Positions 15,721-23,000 of a DNA stretch of 35,976 nt are shown piece by piece (within the stretch, counting starts at the first letter, position 1; every line of letters begins with the position of its first letter). A model generated the notes under the pieces. The model was given only the letters and a program-made list of their open reading frames with translations, searched no databases and was not told the origin of the DNA. Origin of the DNA: a virus (Duplodnaviria > Caudoviricetes); the IMG/VR virus record IMGVR_UViG_3300030376_005041, positions 1-35,976 of that record. The stretch is one strand, 5' to 3'. The position numbers and the translations under genes are program-made.

Positions 15721-16061
15721 CGGTTTTTTCTATCAGGATTAATATTTACCTTTGTTGAATTATTTAAATGTAAAAACGGAATAACCCAGCAAGTTTGTAT
15801 AGGTAATGCCACAAGAATGATAAAGTCTGTGTCTCCGTTTTTGTAAGCACAGTCGTGTCGCTTGACAACAAACTCAAATCTTTTTCCAGAATTATAACTA
15901 GTCGATTTAACTTGAACCAAATGGTACTCGCCGTCTTTAGAAGCAACCATGTCGTATGGTTCCGGCACACTGGGTAGCAATACAGTGTAGCCATGCGACA
16001 GTAAGCGCGATGCAACAAGTGCTTCCCCGCTGGCTCCAAGCATCGCCCGACTGTTCCCCAC
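15684..16061 (-). CDS. PD-(D/E)XK endonuclease (group I intron-associated / PDDEXK_5-like)
   Basis: GASGEALV...PYDMV...VQVKS catalytic pattern. Confidence 0.8.
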   Translation of the reverse strand: MGNSRAMLGASGEALVASRLLSHGYTVLLPSVPEPYDMVASKDGEYHLVQVKSTSYNSGKRFEFVVKRHDCAYKNGDTDFIILVALPIQTCWVIPFLHLNNSTKVNINPDRKNRWTQYCEAWNLI

Positions 16062-16096
16062 TTACTGATAGTGTATAAAATTATGAACATCGAAAG

Positions 16097-16702
16097 CTAC
16101 CGTAACGCGTAATCCGTTGTCACAACCTCAACGACTTGGTTGTGGTCGCGAACTAATCTGCTCGCAATGCGTCGATCAATTTCGGCGAAACGTTCCATCG
16201 TAAGGTTACTGGTGATGAACGTCCATTTACCCAAGCGCTTGTCCAACACTTCCAGCAACTTCTGCGTGCCGTAATCACTACCATGCTCCGCACCAATGTC
16301 ATCAATGACTAACAAGTGTTCGCGTGCTAATTCAGCCGCGTAACTGTGATGTCCCTCTCGCATGTAGTTCAATGCGTCAATCCATCGAACAAACTTTCCT
16401 GGTTTCTTTGCAATATTTTGATGGGTCTTTGCAACTGCTTTAGCTAGATGAGTTTTGCCGACACCACATGTGCCAGCCAGTGTCAGCCAGTATCGAGCGC
16501 GGTGATCATGGTGAATCATGTTGTTAATGAACGCTGACGTTCTCATTAACATGTCTTCCAGCACTGAGTCTTCGTGCGTATTAAACGACAAAAACTCTCT
16601 GTACCAATCAACCGTTTCCTGCTTTAACGACTGCGGACCCGTAGTCTGCCGCTCCGGCGAACGTCCCACTATTTCTGCCGCTAGTTTGCGTGGATCTGTC
16701 AT
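16097..16702 (-). CDS. DnaC/IstB-like AAA+ helicase loader
   Basis: Walker A GTCGVGKTHLA, Walker B LLVIDDIG, TFITSNL and RIASRL. Confidence 0.9.
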   Translation of the reverse strand: MTDPRKLAAEIVGRSPERQTTGPQSLKQETVDWYREFLSFNTHEDSVLEDMLMRTSAFINNMIHHDHRARYWLTLAGTCGVGKTHLAKAVAKTHQNIAKKPGKFVRWIDALNYMREGHHSYAAELAREHLLVIDDIGAEHGSDYGTQKLLEVLDKRLGKWTFITSNLTMERFAEIDRRIASRLVRDHNQVVEVVTTDYALR

Positions 16703-17171
16703 TATATTTTTCCCACGTTATAAATTTTTGCTTCCAGTTAATCACTTTATTGCCACGCGAATCGACCCAGTTACCAGTCGAAAAGTATTCGTAGAACTGA
16801 CTAGCGAGCGATTCAACGTTGCGACTTTTCGCATATTCACGCACTTCGTCAAGCGTTGGGGCAACTTGTTTTTTTGTTTTAGGTTTTGGTTTTGGTTTTG
16901 GTTTTTGTTTTGGTTTTTCATTAACAACGTTTAAATATGTCATATTACTAGTGTGTCTCCTGCTTTCTCGGTTAATTAATCCCTGCTTTTCAAGACTAGA
17001 CAATTTAATGTTGACTGTTTGTCTAGCTAGACCCGTTCGTTCTGCTAATGTTTCCTGTTTTGGCCAACATTTGTTTTCGTCATCTGCGTAATCAGCTAAC
17101 GTGAGCAACACCAGCTTTTCTGATGGTGTGAGCTTTTGACGAAACGCCCAAGTTATAGCTTCTAAACTCAA
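16608..17171 (-). CDS. Phage replication initiator (N-terminal winged HTH)
   Basis: EKLVLLTLADYADDENKCWPKQETLAERTGL HTH; KP linker; C-terminal PTLDEV...FYEYF..GNW....INWK domain. Confidence 0.85.
   Translation of the reverse strand: MSLEAITWAFRQKLTPSEKLVLLTLADYADDENKCWPKQETLAERTGLARQTVNIKLSSLEKQGLINRESRRHTSNMTYLNVVNEKPKQKPKPKPKPKTKKQVAPTLDEVREYAKSRNVESLASQFYEYFSTGNWVDSRGNKVINWKQKFITWEKYNDRSTQTSGRNSGTFAGAADYGSAVVKAGNG
16883..16918. repeat. GTTTTG-type hexamer repeats encoding the KPKQKPKPKPKP linker
   Basis: Direct reading of the sequence. Confidence 0.7.
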
Positions 17172-17500
17172 ATCTTCTCACTCACGTTCTTAAAAATTTC
17201 ACGTAAAATATCATGCGGTCTTTGTTTTAAATCAATTTGTAATTTTCTAATCCCCGATATTACCGTGCCGTGGTCATGCCCAGTGTAACCCCCAACCATA
17301 ACATAGTTCATTCCGAGCTTTCGCATAAAATGCCAAACAATCCATCTAGCCCAACAATTTTGTGGTGTTCTTGGAGCAGTCCACATCTCTGTTTCTGATT
17401 CATAATTAAATTCATCCAAAACAACCGAAATTATTTTCTTCACCTTCTGCTCGTACACGCGTGGTAATTTGTTCGTTGATCCATTCGTTTTGGTTTTCAT
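17168..17500 (-). CDS. Stand-alone DnaA C-terminal (domain IV)-like HTH protein
   Basis: ARWIVWHFMRKLGMNYVMVGGYTGHDHGTVISGIRK resembles the DnaA signature IG..F.RDHTTV.HA.RK. Confidence 0.75.
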   Translation of the reverse strand: MKTKTNGSTNKLPRVYEQKVKKIISVVLDEFNYESETEMWTAPRTPQNCWARWIVWHFMRKLGMNYVMVGGYTGHDHGTVISGIRKLQIDLKQRPHDILREIFKNVSEKI

Positions 17501-17804
17501 ATCCTAATATTTGTAAATAAATTTTTAATCCGTCTCTGTAAAATTCGTTATCAATGCAGATTGCATTCAACTTAGCTCGCGCTTTGTTGGGAGCCATAGT
17601 TCTAAAATTCCAACCCGCTCTTTGCTTTTTCCATTGCTTCCAGTACCGAACCCAATTTAGTGAACCGTCGTCGCGAATGTATCCGCATTTCCTCCAATGC
17701 AAATACGATTGAACACCAGTTCTAACAACAGCCATAGCGAGTTCGTGATAACAACTAGCGATGGAAAGTTGGGGTTGACTGGTTTGAGTCTCTGTGCCAG
17801 CCAA
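17412..17804 (-). CDS. Hypothetical protein (start uncertain; the TTG lies inside a hairpin)
   Basis: ELAMAVVRTGVQSY motif; Trp-rich. Confidence 0.55.
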   Translation of the reverse strand: MAGTETQTSQPQLSIASCYHELAMAVVRTGVQSYLHWRKCGYIRDDGSLNWVRYWKQWKKQRAGWNFRTMAPNKARAKLNAICIDNEFYRDGLKIYLQILGYENQNEWINEQITTRVRAEGEENNFGCFG

Positions 17805-17808
17805 CCCC
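17771..17808 (-). terminator. Strong hairpin after the SSB-like gene (terminator/attenuator or stabiliser)
   Basis: GGGGTTGGCTGG-N14-CCAGTCAACCCC 12-bp stem with only a weak U tract. Confidence 0.55.
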
Positions 17809-17815
17809 GAATCGA

Positions 17816-18046
17816 CTAGAACGCTTTGCCGCCTCCGGTCGATTGTTCCTCCTTTTTGGTAACAGCCAATTTCATATACTCAACGCCGCTGCTTTGCGCT
17901 GTGTTTTTCCATGCAGAAATCCAATACATAGTCCCGCCAACGTTTAATTGACCAGTCATGTGTGGTTGTGTTTCTGTCTCTTTGTTTTTGTTCGGAAACA
18001 ACGCCCCAGAATCGGGCTTGTCCGAATTTTTATAACTATCTGCCAT
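17816..18046 (-). CDS. Small putative ssDNA-binding protein (DUF736-like)
   Basis: GALFPNKNK....PHMTG..NVGG..YWISAW; ends in F; sits in the recombination module. Confidence 0.65.
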   Translation of the reverse strand: MADSYKNSDKPDSGALFPNKNKETETQPHMTGQLNVGGTMYWISAWKNTAQSSGVEYMKLAVTKKEEQSTGGGKAF

Positions 18047-18055
18047 TATTTTTTA

Positions 18056-18925
18056 TTATCTATTTTTACGCCAATATTGGCTGGTTCCCCCCGATTCCAA
18101 CAAACCACCCAGCAATTCGGAGAGAGATTGCTGCGCTTCTTCTTTGGAGCATTTGTTTTCATTTGAATACAACTCTACCAAATCATCATATTTAACATTG
18201 GCTATATTTAATATGTCATACGTACCAATATTCGATCCCGCCAGTTTTTGATAAGCGGATTTAACATTCTTTATTTTGGGAGAAGACTTGCGAACCACCT
18301 TCTTAAATCCTGGTAATTCCTCAAATTCCTCACATTTAGCTTTTAATGCTTTTACCCATGCTTCGATTGAAGGTACATATGCACGGAGTCGAGCAGCTAA
18401 TAGCGGGTTAGTAATTGTACTGGGGTCGCGAGCTTGGGATAACACTTCTTGCTGGTCCACCACTGTTAAAGCCGCGCCACTAACAGCAGTGCAATACAAT
18501 TGATGTCTGCACCATCCGCAATAATCACATGGTATTGGGGCGCGAGTGGGGTTCATCACAGCCGCACGCACTTTGCGAGCCATGTCTTCACACTCACTGC
18601 GTGTAACAACAAACACATCAACCGTGCGAGTTTTTGAGTACATGACATGGCATTCAATTTCCATGCAATCGTCTCGCTGCATTAAACCCAACGCATAACC
18701 CATCATCTGGATGCGGTCGTCGTATCTAGATCCGGTCTTTAGATCAAACATCTTTCGTTTAGCGCCACAATACATGTCAACGTAACCGAACGTAAAAAAC
18801 TCACCGTCAACGCTAATATCAAGTTTAGACTCAATTTCAACTGGAGAAACACCGCATTGCTGCATAGTGTATTCAGTAGTCCAGTCTATTTGTTGCCGGT
18901 CTTCTTCGTTGAGCTTGACGTGCAT
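18056..18925 (-). CDS. PD-(D/E)XK exonuclease (Cas4/DUF2800-like), C-terminal part
   Basis: EIESKL, FGYVD, FDLKTG, QMMGYA and PCDYCGWC..QLYC. Confidence 0.85.
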   Translation of the reverse strand: MHVKLNEEDRQQIDWTTEYTMQQCGVSPVEIESKLDISVDGEFFTFGYVDMYCGAKRKMFDLKTGSRYDDRIQMMGYALGLMQRDDCMEIECHVMYSKTRTVDVFVVTRSECEDMARKVRAAVMNPTRAPIPCDYCGWCRHQLYCTAVSGAALTVVDQQEVLSQARDPSTITNPLLAARLRAYVPSIEAWVKALKAKCEEFEELPGFKKVVRKSSPKIKNVKSAYQKLAGSNIGTYDILNIANVKYDDLVELYSNENKCSKEEAQQSLSELLGGLLESGGTSQYWRKNR

Positions 18926-19074
18926 TTTTTAAGATGTTGTTTCTGCCACTCGTCATGCATTGCTGTTCCACGAAAAGCCGCATAACCCACCTCGCCGCCA
19001 CGGAAAACTGCACACTTTAGCCACTTAGACCAATTACTTGGACTGTGTTCATGGTGTTCCCGCTCTTCGCTCAT
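18886..19074 (-). CDS. N-terminal part of the same exonuclease, separated by a -1 frameshift
   Basis: HSPSNWSKWLKC...AAFRGTAMH is the canonical N-terminus of this family. Confidence 0.75.
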   Translation of the reverse strand: MSEEREHHEHSPSNWSKWLKCAVFRGGEVGYAAFRGTAMHDEWQKQHLKKCTSSSTKKTGNK

Positions 19075-19688
19075 TATTTATTTATAGTTATTTGTGCTAA
19101 AAAATCGGCAGGTCTATCTAAAATTTCTTTAGCTCTAACGTCAGTTAAATCCCTAAACGTTTGTTTTTGATTTAGCCAATCAATTTGCACTAAAAACTCA
19201 TTTGCAGATTTTTCGTGTTTCTCTAAAATTTTCTCAAGTTCTTCAACTTTCTTAAACTTTTCTTTAGCTGGTTTTTTCTCCTCGCAATGCCCCTCACGCG
19301 GTTTATCGTTTCTCCAAACATGTGAACCAATCCCCAAATATGACCCGCATTTGATGAGAGCATCTGTACTCGCTCCTTTATAAGCATCGCCGCGATCACG
19401 ATTATCATTTCCCCCAAATTGAACAATACGCACATTTAGTGTAGGAACTGTTAAAACTCCTTTAATTATAATCATCTTTTCAGAATCACTTATAATTTCT
19501 GGTTCAAATTGCCATCCCCCAAGTCCGAACGCTTCATTAAGTCTGTCCGTAACATAAATCGGAGTGATCGCAGTCATTCCCTGCTTATGGGGCATTTTTT
19601 TCAATGCTTCATTTGGTAGTGGTCTATTCAATATTTCATCTACAGATGGTTTAGCTGTAGCCGTCGTTGTTTTCTTTTTTGCTGCCAT
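19074..19688 (-). CDS. Rad52/Rad22-like (Sak) single-strand annealing recombinase
   Basis: YVTDRLNEAFGLGGW...DAYKGASTDALIKCGSYLGIG. Confidence 0.88.
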   Translation of the reverse strand: MAAKKKTTTATAKPSVDEILNRPLPNEALKKMPHKQGMTAITPIYVTDRLNEAFGLGGWQFEPEIISDSEKMIIIKGVLTVPTLNVRIVQFGGNDNRDRGDAYKGASTDALIKCGSYLGIGSHVWRNDKPREGHCEEKKPAKEKFKKVEELEKILEKHEKSANEFLVQIDWLNQKQTFRDLTDVRAKEILDRPADFLAQITINK

Positions 19689-19689
19689 A

Positions 19690-20025
19690 TTATTTGGTTA
19701 TACAATCTGATTCTCTTACTAAATTTGCCCAATCGTCAACGTCCATAGCGATAATCCACGGACCTCCATTCCAACGAAACGCTAAAACACCAGTTTTTTC
19801 AGTAGCTTCAGAACGCAACTGCGACCACCAATCTCTAAATTGTAGTCTTTCACATCGCTTAACCTCGAAATGAAATGGTAAATTGCTGGTTATATCAGCA
19901 GACTGTGCAGTTCCCATGAATTGCTGCGATCTTCTTGCCTGAGTCGTTGGGCCAAATCTGTCGTTTAATAATTTAGCGAACTCCAATTCGCCCCTACTCC
20001 CCTTGCTTCTTGAGTTAACAGACAT
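19690..20025 (-). CDS. Holliday junction resolvase (Hjc-like PD-(D/E)XK)
   Basis: NSRSKGSRGELE, ARRSQQF, ADI and FEVKR. ATG 20025 is preferred over TTG 20037. Confidence 0.85.
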   Translation of the reverse strand: MSVNSRSKGSRGELEFAKLLNDRFGPTTQARRSQQFMGTAQSADITSNLPFHFEVKRCERLQFRDWWSQLRSEATEKTGVLAFRWNGGPWIIAMDVDDWANLVRESDCITK

Positions 20026-20080
20026 GTTTGACTGCAAGATATCTACAACTTATCGGCAGACTTGTCAAACACTTATTCAA

Positions 20081-23000
20081 TTACCTAGCGTATGTTGATG
20101 GATCAATTCCAGTTTGTTGGAATATCTGTTGGGATACTGATGGACTGATTATTTTCTTGTTACGCAGATCACGTAAATACTCTATTTTTCTCTCATACGG
20201 CATCTCGTCTAAACGCTGAATAATGAAACTAGCTCTTGCTTTACTTGCAACCCCTAGCCCCCTCACGCGCCTGTCTATCCGACCCACCAAATTAGCGTCG
20301 TCATCAATAGCTTTTTTGTATTTCCGGAACAGCACGGAATTGCCCTGACTAGCACTTCGAGCGCGGATCATTCTGTCCATGACTGACATCCCCTTCGTGT
20401 CCGTGACAAATTTCTGAATTGCTCTTTTTTCTATTAGTTGCCGATCAGCTTCTGTTCGTTCTATTACTTTTAATTGTTCTTCTGTTTCCGATTCGTTGAC
20501 ATACGGACTGCGAATAAAACGCCTAAAAAGTGGTGATTGGTCACTAAATATGCCCAGTGGTTTTCTCCCTGTTTCACGGGGCGGCATAAACTGAGTAAAT
20601 AATCCAGCAGTCATTGTGCTGGTTAGCTGCTTTAACATTAACGGAGAACGAAACTGTTCCGGTAAAGCGTCTGGCATAAGTTCAGCCATGCCACGAAAAA
20701 ACTTGGGAGTGCTTTGAAAATATTGCTGTTCTGGTGAAGCTGCTCTCATGTATTCCGGCACAGTATCACGATGCAACCAAGTGTTTCTGTTTAAACCAAA
20801 TTCTATTGGCGATTTAAATAATGGATTTAAACTGCTAACTACAGATTCTACCCGTTCACCTAAATTTTCACCACTAACACTCACTGGCATTATGTTTTCT
20901 AAAAACACAACTGCCATTTTTTTCAATTCTTTTGAGTTGCGTGTTTCTAAAAACTCCATCGACGATTCAACAACATTAGAGAACAACTTTGAAATTTCAC
21001 GTTTTGGAATCCGATAATATTCTCTGACTCTTTTCCCCTCATCATTCACAAAAAATTGATCTGTTGGGATATGCCAATAATTTTCTTTGTCACGATCCAA
21101 AATATCTTCGTAATCATCTTTGTATTCATCGCTGTTGTTCAGCGCCCATAACGCGACAGTTGGAACTCCAACAGCAGTAGCTAAACGTAATTGCATTATA
21201 GCAGCATTTTTCCCACCGTCTTTTCCAGCAAGTCTTCCCAAGTCCGCAGCAACACCTTGTACGCGTGCGTTAAAATACATAAACACCAAGTTAAGTTGCG
21301 CTGATCTTGTTATTGCTCCTTGTCTTCCAAAATCTGGCGATCCAGCAAAGTTCCGAACTTCAGCTACAATTTCACCCATACGCTCACGCTGTTGTTCGGG
21401 AGTCATTTTAGCTAAATTCTCAATACGCATACCGCGCTTTAAACCGACCAACTTGCTAGTTTCTTCAACGCTACTAGCTAATTGAACTATTGCACTTAAC
21501 AAACCTCTTGCAGATAATTTAAATTCACGTTCAGTTGGTTTTACTTTAAATAATTCTGGTGTTAATTCACGTTGAAGTGTTGATCGTGCTGCTCCGCTGT
21601 TTAAAAAATCTTTGTATAGTGCATTTGGTTTGCCGAAATTCCCAGTAACGGAACTATATAATGCATGAACATAATCTAATGGTAATCTAATTAAATCAGC
21701 GGGACTACGGAACCCGTATTTGCTAACCATTGCTAGACGCGGCATGTCAGCAGCAAATAAATTAACAAACTGAAACGCCATGTTAAATGTTGTTGCCCCA
21801 GCTTTCATTGGAATTGATGCCGCAGCCATAGCTTTTGAAATCAAACCAGTTGCTTGAGCATTCAACCCCTCTATAGAACGTGCGACTTCACGGTTAACAG
21901 CTAAATGTTTTTGCTCCCCATCAACAAACACCGTAACTTCGTGGTCAGCTTTTTCTCTAACTTTCTTTTTCTTGCCAACTTTAGTTTCTTTTAACTCTCG
22001 AACTAAACCAGTCTCGTCAATTTGAGATAACGCATACAACTCTTGCATTTTCAGATTCTTGTCAGCCAACATGTAGCTCGTGAGAATCTTGTCATACGCA
22101 GCGTCGATAAAATCACCTAACCGGAAATCAGTATTGTCGATTCCGGTAATCATTTTAGCTAATTGTTTAGTTGTATCTATTCGATCACCAGTTGCTGAAG
22201 CGGTTTCTGAATCTTGCAAATGTTGCAACACGACGAACGGGGCATAAAAATCATTTGAGTTAACAATGTTGTTTAATGTCTCTTGAGAAATACGCCCACT
22301 GTCCATCTGCATACGCAGCATTGCCGACATAAATTCCTGGTATTGTTCAACAGCGCTCTCAAGCTGCTTCATTTGCTCTGGCGTAATATCAGCTTCGAGT
22401 TCTTTAAGAAGTCTGTTTGCGTCATCGAGCGTGTAGTCCGCAACACGTTTGCGAGTTGGATCGTCTTCAAGACGCTGCTTTGTTCGACGCAAAAACATTA
22501 ACCGATTAAATTGTTTTTCAAGTCCCTTAATTGGTTTCACCACTGCGTCGTGGAAATCCAGCATTAACTTTTCTGCACGGGCTGGCGATCCGGCTAACTG
22601 TTCAAACTTGCGTGCTAGATCAAAGCGTGGCGCTTTTTTGCCCATGACTTTAAACACTTTAGACTCTAAATGTTTTAGTGGTTTAAATCGGCTCAAGAAA
22701 TTCGTAGAAAAACCTTCAATGACCGAACGTAATTTTGACCCAAACGATTCGGGTTCTGTTTCTAGTGGTGAAAAGATTCGGTCAACATCGATCATCGACT
22801 TTGGCTTAACCCCAAGCTCAGTGTCTAAATTTTCAGAACGGTTTTTAAATTCAGCTATTTGCTCGTCTGCTTGTTCTTGAGTAAGTTCTTTTTTATTAAC
22901 TTTTTTACGAAGTTCTTTTTCAAAAGTTTTTAAATCGCTTTCAAACACTTCGGACTCTGGATCTCGTTTAGCAAGCACAGCACGAACAGCGTCTTCGACA

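Noticed and set aside
14321-16061. Methyltransferase plus PD-(D/E)XK nuclease as a restriction-modification system
   Set aside because: Three genes separate them, and the 125-aa nuclease looks like a small homing-type or free-standing endonuclease.
20040-20068. Perfect TTGACA upstream of the resolvase (minus strand)
   Set aside because: The hexamer at 17 bp spacing is TAGATA, a poor -10. A promoter here is plausible but not supportable.
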